Assembly (NCBI GenBank): GCA_002633005.1 | Contig: NMRA01000120.1 | Location: 62,966 to 126,965 of the forward strand | Length of the DNA: 64,000 bases | Source of the DNA: Phoronis australis | Lineage: Eukaryota; Animalia; Phoronida | Reading direction: 5' to 3' | Shown: positions 27,858-40,364 of the stretch, piece after piece | How positions within the stretch are numbered: position 1 is the stretch's first letter | Layout: the number at the start of each line of letters is the position of its first letter | The notes under the pieces: model-generated | The model's input: the letters and a program-made list of their open reading frames with translations, nothing else | Databases searched by the model: none | What the model was told of the DNA's origin: nothing | Position numbers and translations under genes: made by a program

Positions 27858-28342
27858 GACTTGTCCCTCTACAGTACGTCGTTTTCAACGAAGGGAGACG
27901 ACCGAAAGTAGCATCGTTTTTAATCGCATATGGTGCACAGTTTAACACTGTGATAGACCGGCATGGATTGACACTGCTCAAAAGAGAGTTTATGCAAATG
28001 GATAAAAACAACAGCATTTTGAATGCAATAGTGAACAGCAGTTTGCAGCTGCCAAGTTTTGAAATAGTGTTAGGTACAGGAAACGTGTCACCAAATAACC
28101 CTCAGGTGTTACAGGAGCCTGTCTTCAGGGAAAGATCACATGTTCAGCAGAAGCAGCAATGGTATCAAAGTCTTTGCACGAATCCACGAACACTGCAGCA
28201 CATTTGTCGCTGCAAAATCAGAGAAACTCTTGGTCCAAAGAGACTGAGGAACATTGATGAGCTAACATTACCAAAATCCTTAAAGGATTATCTCCTTTTG
28301 AATCACAATTACCACTTTCTTGATTTTACCCTGACTAGTTGA
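27858..28342 (+). CDS. ASB-like protein, exon 5 with C-terminal SOCS box
   Basis: ttatag|(G)LVPLQYVVF...PRTLQHICRCKIRETLGPKRLRNIDELTLPKSLKDYLLL...*. Joined CDS is 1344 nt, 447 aa; AATAAA at 28433. Confidence 0.92.
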
Positions 28343-30012
28343 TTGATTAAATGAATGAATTTTTGAAAGAAAACTAATGTACAGTGTCACTGTGGGAAAA
28401 ACAGTGTTTGAAGGCCACATGTCGTACATGCAAATAAACATTTGAAATAAGAAGCCATTGTATTTAAACTGCATTTTATTTTTGTGATAATGTTTATTGT
28501 CAAATTGACATTTTCCAAAGCTAATATATGTATAGTACTTATTATTTACAATACCTTGCCTTTTTCACAACACAATTTACAAGTTCTTCAAATGGAAGAA
28601 AATGACGACGATTTATGTAAACAAGCACAATTTTGTATTGAAAAGATAAACACCAACAACAATAGAGAATCTTAAAAATTATACAAATGGACCTAGTTTA
28701 AGTGGGTAATCAGTAAAATCTTACAGAGTGTTTCAAAATACTATTAATAGTGATTTCATCGAAACTGTGATAATTGTCTTGGGCACAACATCTCTGTTTA
28801 TGATGTGTGCGCTGTTTACAGGGACAAAAATAATAAGAAAATGGAAATTACATTTTAATAGGCTCTTATGTACACTTCCTTTTTTCTCAACAGAATTTCT
28901 TTCAATATAAAATTTACAAAAACGTGGTTCAAATCCCATTGAATGCTAGATGTAAAACAGATCCAATGCAGACTACGTGATCAATGATTTATGACAAGAA
29001 AGACCTCTTTTGTCACAAACCGCGAACTTACTTAAAACTGTATTTCTGAGTTTCGATGCCCAACAAAAAAACAAAATTAAAAACTGCATCATTTACCGCT
29101 ACAAAATGAGTTAACAATGTGCTCACTATGATTGGAATCTTTCAGTACCAATGAAGAAAATCAAAAACATTCCAGAAAATCAGTGCTTCAATAGGATCGA
29201 AGGTTATCTTGCAATTCTGACCAACTGCTGAAATTGATTCTGTCAAAGCAAGAACATTTTAATCCACTTTGAAACACAGAAAACATATTTCACGAAATTC
29301 AGTTTTAAGTTTAGACAGTCCTAAACAGGGTTACTACATATAAAATACATAAATGGACCAGACACTACTTTTGACAACCAATATCTGTAATAAATAAATA
29401 CAGTTTTAAGCCCACAGACTAAAAGCGTTTTTAACACCTTATTTTTCTTTGTAATAAAAGTTGGCACAGCTAGCGCCTGTCAATTATTGCATGGTCATCG
29501 GGCCACATGGTCTAACATGGTTTACGAAAGAATGGTAATACCTCACCAATTTAGGCGCAATATGGCAGACCAGTAAAATTTTATTTTCTCATAAGATATT
29601 TAGCATAAAATTAATGCTTTACCATGTTCAAGTTATGTACCGTAGCTACAGTCAGAAAAACATTTTGAAAAATTGTGGGCTTCACAACAACATTAGAAGA
29701 CCTTAAAGAGCAAATTTTGGCAATTATTTGTGTCCAAAATTGATGAGATATTACCGCACACTAAATAACTGTCAGTGCCAGTGCAAAGGCATTATTAATG
29801 ACATAACGAAGACCGCGCCTAATGTAACTCTCACTCAACAACATTTCTACAGTGGACCCTATAGCAAACTGCTGCAGCAAATCACTGCAGAAACGTTTTT
29901 GAGGCATGAAAATCAGAAAACAGACGGACAATTCAGACACAGTACACATGCCACCTGGTGGTCACCTCTAATGACCCAAGTACGTTTTACTAAAGAAAAA
30001 TGTCTAGCATAA

Positions 30013-30261
30013 CATGCACGCACCCAGCCTTCAATATGGGGGGGGCTCGAATTCCTTACGATGTGGACCTTTTGCTAACGAAAGAGTGGGCGGACTAAAA
30101 AAAACGGGGGCACCACTGTGAATTGTGCGTTTGCACTTGTTTAGTGGACTTTTGTCCCATTTTCTCCGACTTTTTGTCTCTCAGAGGCGGACCTTTTTGC
30201 CCACTTCGCCAAATTGGGGGGCTCGTTTGAGCCCCCCGAGCCCCCCCTGGGTGCGCGCATG
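30013..30261. mobile_element. ~250-bp MITE in the presumptive CHMP3 3' UTR
   Basis: TIR catgcacgcacccag / ctgggtgcgcgcatg (14/15); direct flanking duplication CATAA (GCATAAC if the termini are trimmed by 1 nt). Confidence 0.8.
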
Positions 30262-30891
30262 CATAACCAAGGCTCGAAGCCACGACCCTCAGTTCAATGT
30301 ACCAAAACTCATGTAAAGGAATACGAACAACAGTATCAGGGGTAGTATACCACATACAATTCCAGATAGTCTAAAACATAAACTTAGGCACTCGATGGAC
30401 CAGTTCCTGTTAAAAATTCCAAGAACAATGAACTATAGAAAATACGAACACACCTCAAGTCGCTCTACCAATATACATGTTTCCTGTAATTTGTCATTCA
30501 ATTGAACATATTTAAGCCCATTCCCTACTCTCAAAATAACGCAAGTTTTTCGTGGCCCAAGTGGGTGCATTAACCTGGACGTTTTTATCTGCCTTTTGTC
30601 TATTCGTAATATGTTTCAATTAATCAGATAATCTTGAACTGAAAACCCTTCAGTATCTATCATTTTGAAGCAAATAAGTCAATCTTCAGAAAAAAATTAC
30701 TCATGGGTTTCCCATGCAGGCACACCAGACTAAACTTCGATACAGGCGCATCATCAAATACAGACGCATAGGCCTAAATACATGCAAATACCTAAATAAT
30801 GCAAAAAAAACAAGAAAAAAATCACATTGTCTTAAGAACAGTTAATGGCAGGCAGAGATTTTCCATTGCACTTTGTGACAACTTCACTGCG

Positions 30892-31013
30892 CTAACTCCT
30901 GAGAGCCTCGAGTCTGGCCTGCATGTCAGAGACATCATCCTCAGTTTCCTCTTCTTCACCTGCTGGGACAGGCAGGGAGTCCTCAACTGCGTCAGGGGCC
31001 TTACCGAGGTCAC
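30892..31013 (-). CDS. CHMP3: CHMP3/VPS24 exon 6 (last)
   Basis: ttccag|(G)DLGKAPDAVEDSLPVPAGEEEETEDDVSDMQARLEALRS*; the C-terminal MIM1 'M..RL..LRS' is typical of CHMP3. Confidence 0.95.
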
Positions 31014-33021
31014 CTGGAACAACGAGGTGATCGTTTATCAAAAGAACCAACAGATCATTCTTGCTTATTAAATGAATATTTCATGAAGCATTTTCATTCC
31101 TGAGTGGCACAGTTGCCCAGGTTGTAACCAAGGGAAACTTTTAACATCCAATAAAAAAGAACAAAAAGCAAATGACACATAAAATGCAATTTGACATTTG
31201 AACTAAGCAGTTGTTAAAATTAATCAGTTAACTTGGTCATTGCTAACTGATAAAATTAAGCGTACATTATCAACATGACTTGGTGTAGTGACTAAATGCA
31301 ATTTCTTCAGAGCCAATATACCACGCACGAGCTCATTATAAGTCTCTCACAAGTCAATCTCATTAATAATCTGTTCAGCTCTCGCACCACAATTGAATGT
31401 CTCATCAAAAACATGATGCATTATCAAATGCAAGAACCTGGATGACATGTGACCATACACAACATTAAAGTACATAGACCTAATAAGTAATTGGAAACAA
31501 ATATCAAAGATAGCCTTTCCGCTTCTTTCCAATCAAAAACTTCATAAAAGAAGGTTTGAATGCCCAATGACAAAAAAGAAAATTTCCAGGTGGTGTATCT
31601 TTCTACAAGCTTGTGTGTGATAGAAATACTTTTTGTGTTGTAAAATTTAAATGAAATAGATGCTTTTGCATGGATAAAGTCAAAATAATGATAAAAAAGA
31701 GGAAATCGAAACCAAATGAGGAAATCCTCTAAAAAGAAGAAAATTCCAAGCCCCTATAAAAGGAAATCGGCTGTGAATAAATCCACTTTAAATTTTTAAT
31801 CAAATGAGTCTTTTAACACATAATCAAATGCATTCAAAATAACCAGAATCAGAAGTGGAAATTTCAACATCATATTAGAATTTCTGGTGGTGCACCAACA
31901 AAATGGCTCTCATAGTTCGAGGGCCTTAAACTACCATTTTGAGAGTAAGAAATACATTTATAGAGGACTGTGTTCCTATTTCAATGATGTCTCAACTGGT
32001 GAAATACTTTCTGTGCTCTAAACTGGTGAAAATAAGAGAGAAAGAATGTCTTTAAAATGACATTAAGTAATAACATTGAGTATGAGAGCTCAGCACCAAC
32101 ACTGATTCTAACCCACAGCTTCATCAGTCACATCATATCACTTTTACTTGTAAAGCTAAAAGCCAACATGGCAATTAGGCAAGTAGTTTGAATGTATTTA
32201 ATCATCTCAAATGCATTTATTTTTTTTGGAATTACATTGATAGTGACCCTTTAATGCCAAAATGTAGATTTTAAAATCATACTACATGCTTGGGTTATTC
32301 CGCTAGGCATTGCTATTTCATTGTGTTTCGCACTTGATGGGAATTCGCTGAGTTTTTAACTACACTATTCAGTACCAATTGTATAATGTATGTCACATCT
32401 CTAGACTTTCATCACGAAATGGGTCTCAAATTGTTCCTCAGTCAAATTAGAGGTGATCTCAAGATTTCAAAAGAACTGACAGATCGTTATTGTTCAAGAC
32501 AAGGCTTTTCAAGGTGGTTCACCACAGCGCGTCATATCACCAACGAACATTGTTTCAAGAGAAAACAAACTTAGTTCCTTGCAAACCCAGATGTAACTTC
32601 TCATCTGAGTGAGGAGCAAATTGAGACCAATTTTAGGGTAAATGACCTAAATCATAACTTCGCTTTTTGAATGGAATGTGGGATAATAGCTGCCCTGTGG
32701 CTGTGTAGGAACGTAATGACAAGCCTGAATACTTAGCTAAATATCGACAATATTGCATATTTTAACTCAATAAAAATATATATTTTTTCAAATTAGAAAT
32801 CCTATAGAATTTGATAATTTTTAAGTTTTATCAATCTTTCAATAATTAGGTACACTGATAGCAAAACAATGGTATCAATAACATGGATTGATCAAAATTT
32901 ATTTGATATAAGATGTAATGTCACTTTAATTCAATGAGACTTTTGTTTTTTCATGAAAATCATTACATTTGAGAGCCAAAAGGGGAAACATTTTAAAAAC
33001 AATTTTGGAGATCATTAAATA

Positions 33022-33700
33022 CACAAAACGTACCAAAAGTGGCATAGATGAAATAACATACCACAAGACAATATTCTACGTATCGACCGAGACCGAACTA
33101 TGCCAATCGAGGTACGTTTTGCATTTATCACATACGCTCCGAATTCTTAATAAGTTTCTTCAATGTTTTTGGTAGATTTTTAAAATACTTCACCCAGACT
33201 GTTCACATCCTATATGTACGTACTTCCGCGCTATGTTAAAAGTTTTCTGTAGTAAAAGAAACAGCATTTAAATGCAACGATTTACTACTTGAGAAGAGAT
33301 AACGATGAAAACAACGGTAATAATGCACTAAACTTGTAACATTTTCTGAAAATAATAAAATAAAAACAATAACATTGCAGTTACTGAGGAATAGGTGCCT
33401 ACGTTGCAGATAATAGCAAATAAAACTGAGACAGAAGTGTCATATAATTAACAGTTTTGTACCAGATGTTATGTTTGGGGCCTGATTGCGCGTTGAGTGT
33501 TATTTTAACTGTTGCAACTTTAACTGTTTTGGGAAAGTTTGATGATCGAGCCGACAGTAACGACGTCAAGTCGACAATGACCTACCTTTTGAACTTTCTA
33601 CGTCAGAGGGCACTGTTAAAGTAGTCCCAAGAGTGCAGTACGGAAAACAATACCACATGGTCGTATTGCACTCAACTTATTCAACGCGTATGGGATAAAG
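33022..33700 (+). mobile_element. Dispersed ~680-bp non-autonomous element, family D copy 1 (hairpin partly deleted)
   Basis: Colinear with 44573-45287; subterminal inverted repeat tttatcacatacgc (33124) / gcgtatgggataaa (33687-33700). Confidence 0.8.
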
Positions 33701-33823
33701 CATAGTATATGAAAGTTTCACATGAACCCGATCAGTCATTTCTGAGATACGACGTTCCAAATTTAGCCAAATTTGGACATTTTTCTAGGGTCCTACATAA
33801 CCTCAAGTTTAGCCAGTGTTTAC

Positions 33824-33941
33824 CTGCGGTGAGTTCAAACAATATTTTGTCCACTTCTCGCTGCACATCTTCCTCCATGTCTTCAGTGTCCGGATCAATA
33901 CTCTCCATTGTGTCCTCCAGCATTTCCTCGATGATTCCAGC
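33824..33941 (-). CDS. CHMP3: CHMP3 exon 5
   Basis: tgtag|AGIIEEMLEDTMESIDPDTEDMEEDVQREVDKILFELTA|gtaaac; 118 nt. Confidence 0.96.
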
Positions 33942-35092
33942 CTACAACAAGAGAGAAGAAGCAATACAGTAAACATTCTCCAGTTTTGGTCGTGAAAATT
34001 TAATTACCGGGTATTCCGCTCAAGGTCAGAACTTGTTCCATTTTTTTTTAAATGGGCAGTACTGGTCATTCGAACTTCAAACAACAAATGAACATTCAAC
34101 TCAGTGTCACACACTATGTGGAAAACATTAGATCAACAACTATTTTTGATGTTTTTTGTGAAAAGCCAAGTCTCTTTTGAAACCTAATACAGTGTCCGAT
34201 ATTTTAAAAAATAAGCTGAATGTCATAATCGTCCATGTTCCAATCTTCAGAACAATGGAAATTTCACTTTTGGCTTGAAGATCAGTGTCCAAGATTTTAG
34301 AGGCTGTCCGCAACAACAGCGTCAGCAACAAAACAATAAGATAACACCAGCATAACTATACTGCAGTAATACCATATATGACCAGGTGTAAGCCCATCCC
34401 CGTCAGCATTCAAACCCAACTTTTCATTAAGTCTTGCACACAAACCCACCAGCTTGGGTATAAAGCCACTTTTCAAAATCAAATCAAACTGATCTCTTAT
34501 CTCCATTACATGGTACGCAAGTTAGAACAAAGCTATCTCGAAAAAACCCGATTCCATCAGCTTGAGTTAATCACAAGACTGCAACCCACAGTGCATGATT
34601 TAAATTCACTAGGACATGGAATTACCCACAAGTGTTTGAGGAGGCACAAATTTCGATATAACCCACCCATTGTTATAACTTCCCAATCAGAATCCCACAA
34701 GCTTACACACAGATGGATAAGCTAGCACAGTATAACTACACTAAAATAATAATAAAAGCACAATTCCATGATACAAGCACAAAATGCCAGAAGGGCTTGA
34801 CATTTACATTGTAAATCCAAAAAGATGTCTTGAATTACACCATGCAATATTGATAACTATAATTTTAAAGATACCTTCTACCGAGACAACTTGAAAAAGC
34901 CAGTAAAAAACACAGTGTACAACTCTGTGAAGGGCCTTCAAGCTATGGCGTTCAACAGACACAGTAACATTTTTAGCAGCTCAACTAGATCTAATGTTAC
35001 AGGAACTCTGTCCAGTTGTTCAACATATTTGCAGCATATCTGCATGCATTGTAAAGTAAAAGAAAATTTAATTCTTCACCACGAAGACAAAC

Positions 35093-35214
35093 CTTGGTCA
35101 TTTCTTTGGACATTTCCATCATTGTAGCTTGGATCTCTGGGACTTTGATCAATGACTGCATGGACTTCATCACATCCGAACTCTTCTCAAGGGCACCAGC
35201 TAATCGCACCGTGG
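35093..35214 (-). CDS. CHMP3: CHMP3 exon 4
   Basis: ctcag|(A)TVRLAGALEKSSDVMKSMQSLIKVPEIQATMMEMSKEMTK|gtttgt; 122 nt. Confidence 0.96.
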
Positions 35215-35751
35215 CTGAGGGCAATAAATCAGACATCAGTTGACAGCAACTATATTCTAAATTTCTAAGATACTGAAAACAGTCACCAAGCATTAACTAT
35301 TACCGTTTTCACGCATATTAAGGACAAAGTGTTTTTATTCGAAATATTATGTTTTTAAAAAAAATATTTTTATGTATTCGTCATGATGTTCTCCCATTAA
35401 CTCCAACTTGTTCAATCAGATAGCATACGGACAAGTTGGCTGGTTGACTGGTGTACCCCGTATCTTACGCGACTGATTAACTCCATTGTACTATTCATGG
35501 CTGGAGGGCCATCTCTCTTTTGTTTATTAATTGCTCTAATCCTGATAAGATATATCTAGCATGACTGGGCTATGCTGTTCAAAATAAAAGATAAATTATC
35601 AACTGTTTCAACATAAACCAATAGCATTTCTGAATTCCTCGTCAAATGCTGATCATGTTTAGTTTTTGAATAACCAAAATTGCCCAACTACAGCCGACAT
35701 TAAGAGAATCCATTCCATCCAAATGCATTACAGTCTCTGTAACACTATAGT

Positions 35752-36110
35752 GGCGTTCTTACACAGACTCACCCTAGAGCAAGTTACTCTTAGAACGAGT
35801 TGTCGCTAGGTTTGGTGGCTGTGTGGATGCTATTTAAACCAGCGCAACTTAACTTGTTCTAGGGTAACTTGTGCCACTTGTAATCGCTGTGTGGCCACAA
35901 AAGTGGAGTAGGGCGGAAGTAATTATCAACTGCGGTTATATACAGACAGGTTTTCTTTTGCGCGTGTCGTACTCGCATTAGGTGTTCATTGTCACACACT
36001 GAGCGACACTTCCACCCTACACTAGTAATCGGATATGTGTGTGTGGACGCTCCACTTAAAAGTGAGGTAAGTCGCACAAGTTGTTCTAGGGTAGGCTGTG
36101 TGTGGACGGA
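35752..36110. mobile_element. MITE family B copy 2
   Basis: acacagactcaccctagagcaagtt ... aagttgttctagggtaggctgtgtg; reverse-complement homolog of 13673-14080. Confidence 0.75.
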
Positions 36111-36915
36111 ACTTTTGAAGCCTGCCTGTTGTCAAACCAGAGAAAAGAATGAACTCAGCAGTTAACAAAGGAGTCAATGTTATCAAACATTCACAACAGG
36201 CATAAGACTGGTAAAGTCATTGAATGAGAGAATGCCCTAATGCATACGGTCACATGTGCCTATGACCCATCTATGGCACAGGGCTAATAGCTGATATTAT
36301 GTGACCACTCATACTTCTCTCCTCTCATGGCATGATAACATTCAATATCGACCGATTTCCCGTGGAATATTCACTTTTCAGTCATGTTGTCTGGATGTCA
36401 GACGTTACTATTTGCAATCTGTCCAATCAGACATTGTAGAAACTATATACCATAAACCTTGAGCCGAAAGCAAGCGCATGATATCAGTACATTGAGGTAG
36501 GTAAGAACAAGCTTTATCTAATAAGAGGCAAAATTTTCACACAAAAGAAGCATCTTTTTCAGTGGTCGTGTTATAAAACAAATATCGACCAACCCCTCAG
36601 GCATATCAGATCATATGAACCTCTGGTTTCGTGCAATATTGCTCTCTCTGTCCATATGACCTGATATTACCCTCCGGGCCAAACCATATTCGTATAATGT
36701 TATCTTACATAGCAACTGCAGCACTCTACAGCCAGCATGAAAACAAATTTCCAGTAAGCTTGTTTGAATAGACTGACGTCATTCCAAAAATAAAAATAAA
36801 TGCAGCAGTAAAGAAAAAGCTGCAGCAGAATAATAAATCAATATTAAAAAATGATACAGCGAATTCAGAGTGCCTCAGTCAGTATGGTTGTTTGACCACT
36901 TGATTACAGACATAC

Positions 36916-37095
36916 CCAGCTGGTTTTTCATGGTCATTTCCACCGAGCTCAGCTGTGCCTTCGAAGCATACAAACGACTGACAGCCTTGCGGGACTGTAC
37001 AACTTCCCTGGCCAACAGTGCACACACATCTTTCTCTCCTTTCTTGGCAGCTTGCTTGATTGACCTCATCACCTTGGCCTCTTCATTTTGTATAG
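36916..37095 (-). CDS. CHMP3: CHMP3 exon 3
   Basis: tttag|(T)IQNEEAKVMRSIKQAAKKGEKDVCALLAREVVQSRKAVSRLYASKAQLSSVEMTMKNQL|gtatgt; 180 nt. Confidence 0.96.
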
Positions 37096-37439
37096 CTAAA
37101 ATATTCAACACAGACTATAAATTTGAGATATAAAGAAAACGGAAAGCAGACATGAAATGTAACAAAGTTGTAAGGTGCGGTAAAACTTCACCAGTTTACG
37201 ACAAAATATGGTGGACAACTGAAATTTCTTGTCCTCATTTTCTCACGAAAAATATATAGTGCCCCAAATGGATGTTTTCCCATGTATCACAGCTACACCA
37301 GACTATGTTGATGGTGTAGGCAACAACTTTAGAAACATTTGAAAAATGAACAAGAGCAACACAAAGCATTAAAATGTGTCCACAGCTGCACCGCAAACAG
37401 TATGCTTCTTGTCTTGAGGTGTTCATTAGTATCATATAT

Positions 37440-37760
37440 CATTTGAAGGCACAGAATACATTGAATAAATCCAAAAATGGGACGGTGTCGTCATTTCTCA
37501 AAGCTATTTGCCAAATTTCATGAAAGTCTGTCTAAAAACTCCAAAGATACAAAGACAAACGTAAAAAAATTGTCATAAGGAACCACAGCAGTAGTCGAAT
37601 CCATTAAGTTAACAGGAATACAACTGCAAAGTTTCAAAAAACATCTAGCAAGGGGTTTAGGAGATACAGCCGCAGATGCAAAAAAATGTCAATAGGGGGA
37701 ACCACAGTACTGGGACCCGTTTGGACGGACGGACAGGGATGACGGCACACTATGTGGGTG
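37440..37760 (-). mobile_element. Degenerate HINE-like (Helentron-associated) element
   Basis: ccaaatttcatgaa and gcaaagtttca core motifs followed by a short (GGAC)n tract at ~37722-37735. Confidence 0.45.
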
Positions 37761-37884
37761 CTGGATTTTCAATAAAAGCATAGAAGCCAGAAAATCATAG
37801 ACATTGATAGTAATAAACCCAGTATCCAATACTGGCTGGATCTGTGACACACTTGTGACCTTGGGGTGACCTTCATTACTGTTA

Positions 37885-38134
37885 TGGTAAAAAAATCTTC
37901 AATTTGAGACAGTCTATAGAATTTGGGACATAGAAACTCCTGGAAAAGTGAATTTCTTGATTCTGGAATTCAGGACAAGGGCGATTGTGGCATTCATCGT
38001 TTTTCTCAAATTCCTTTCAGGCGACTCTTGAATTTGGGACCACCAATATCGTCTGTTTCTGGAATTTGAGACAAGCTTTGACCTTGAGCAAAATAATTGA
38101 TTTTTCACTGTCCCACACTGGAAATTTTTTACCG
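37885..38134 (-). mobile_element. MITE-like repeat, inverted copy of 4295-4573
   Basis: Repeated aatttgggaca motifs; termini tggtaaaaaa / ttttttaccg. Confidence 0.65.
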
Positions 38135-38301
38135 TAACCTGGTACGTGGTTTTGACCTCATAAATAAACACAGGGTAAGAGACTGACAAATAAATATCAG
38201 TCTCTAACAGTGGCCGTATATGCAGCAAGAAATCAACAAACATCAATTCGAAGGTTTAATGTTTGTAACAATTACTAGCAAAATGACGCAAAAGATCATA
38301 C

Positions 38302-38362
38302 TTCTGACTTGACGTTCTAATTTTCGTCCTTCTTTTCTTAACTGCGATGACCATTCTCTGAC
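38302..38362 (-). CDS. CHMP3: CHMP3 exon 2
   Basis: tgtag|VREWSSQLRKEGRKLERQVR|gtatga; 61 nt. Not in the ORF track. Confidence 0.93.
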
Positions 38363-39544
38363 CTACAAAACAAGCAACAGCTCAACTTCCTGTCCAGTAA
38401 GACGCATGACATCTAGTCCTAATCAACACATCCTGAAATACCATACAGTAACTCTTTGAATCTGTGTTTACAAGCTATGCAATGCATTCACTGCAATCGC
38501 TTACAGCTACCACGCTAATCAGCTTCTTGTATCAAATTTACTTATTAATTATAAGATTAATGCCAGTAACATTTAAAAAGCAATTATGACAGCAAGACAA
38601 TCGACAAGCTGGGTGGAGCTCAATATATCGTCCTAAATATGTCAAACATCTCCACGACTAGATTTGCATATCTGCGGCGACCCAAGTTGCCACGCACACA
38701 TTCCAGCACATGCTCAAAGTACTAGGTACAGGAAGTAAACAGTTAGGTAGGGAATAGTCCAGTGGGCTTCATTCGTGACTCATGCACAGACAGCGTGTCC
38801 TGATCATCTCCTTTACTCTTAGGTAGGCCACAATATGATAGACAAGTGAACGTCTTTTTACATTTTTTACAAAAGATATGTAGTCTGTACCAAATAAATA
38901 TTTTATCATGATCTTAAAGTTCTATGCAACAGCTACAATCAGACATTTTGAGAAACGGTGAGAAAAAATAAAAATGTGAGAAGTCTTTGCAAAATCAAGA
39001 AAGTTTAATTTTGACGATGTTTTTTTTCCGAAATTGGTAATATTTTACCGCATGCATCGTTTGTGGAGGCCAGTGCCCGGTTGCATGAAACGATCCCTAA
39101 GTATGGACTCAACTAACTTCCGTAAATCTACTGCACATTTATAGACTAGTGAAAACACTGATTGCCCTTTCTTATGCTGTCTTGGTTTTATTACTAACAC
39201 TATTTTTGGCTTTGATACAAAACAAGAGTGAATTTTACATTGAATTTTCAATATTACTGAAAATAAGTAGGTGTCTTTTCAAGCAACATCCCTAATTTAA
39301 GGACCAAGACCCTAATTACTTTCATTGTTCAAACTAAGAAATTCTTACAAAATGTTGATAGTCAAAGAGGATGTCATGCTAAAGATAAAGTGAAAGAAAA
39401 AGATAACATCTGTGAGTGAAGCTCGACACAAATATGCGAGAAAAAAATTTTAGGGAACTTAGTCGCTATTTGGGACTGTTTCCATACAACCAGTCACAGG
39501 GCCCCCGTATAATAAAGTAATTGAATACACAAATGATAGACCTT

Positions 39545-39696
39545 TGAAGCAATTACTGTCGTAACTTTAACCCAGGCTGCCAGAGCCCAAGTCACGCATC
39601 CACACCATTCAGCCAAGAGGAAATTACCCATTGGAAATCAATTTTGAGAGGCTTTATACGACTGTATGTCGTACCTAGAACTGGAAATTCACAACA
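39545..39696 (-). mobile_element. Degenerate solo LTR, tRNA-containing TRIM family
   Basis: The minus strand starts TGTTGTGA at 39696, contains cctcttggctgaatggtgtggatgc (A-box-like) and ends TTCA at 39545. Confidence 0.6.
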
Positions 39697-39869
39697 TACT
39701 GTCCTAAGAGAGGTCACTGTTTACACTGCCGCCCCTAAGCGTTACTACCAGATAGGTCCCCCTAAGCAGACTGAACTAATGACTGCTCATCATGGATTTA
39801 CTTAAACGAGGAATCATCGTTGACATTGTCCAACTGGGCCTTGAACGTCTCTGGCATCAAAGTCTGGTA

Positions 39870-40117
39870 TCACAGCCTGCGGGTCTCTTTGAATCCCTTC
39901 CCAAGTGGGAACTGCCTCTTTACAGAATGGTTTGGAGGCTTGGCTCTCACGTGGGAATCCCCAGTTCAAGTCTCAGTTTTGACAGAATTTCCAACAATGA
40001 CACCCACTGATGGTGGAACCCACAACCAGATGGGATTCAGCACTCTCTCTCGGGGCAGTCCACTTTCACGCAGGAAACCCTGGTTCAAGTCTTGAAGTAT
40101 CAGCAGATTTTTCAACA
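39870..40117 (+). mobile_element. Internally deleted copy of the tRNA-containing TRIM (opposite orientation)
   Basis: An LTR part ending ccaaca at 39996, a decayed PBS tgacaccca, an internal segment homologous to the reverse complement of 40620-40680, then the 3' half of a second LTR (ctttcac...ggttcaagtc...ttcaaca). Confidence 0.65.
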
Positions 40118-40364
40118 CAGGCAGTCTATCACAGGGTAACAAGCAATCAAGGAGGGCATCACGAAGCAGCGAGATTGAAAACCTTGCTCGAATTCCATCA
40201 GATTTTGTTGACAATCAGACAATGAAGTGTAGAGTGGCTCCAGCCCTATTATTACATAGTATATTACAGATATGTACTTGCTAAAAGATCGAGCTGGACT
40301 GCAGTGAGCAGGTAGACAGTGACCACCGTCTCTAGGTGGCTCAGTAGAGACAGTGAAGCTCCAA

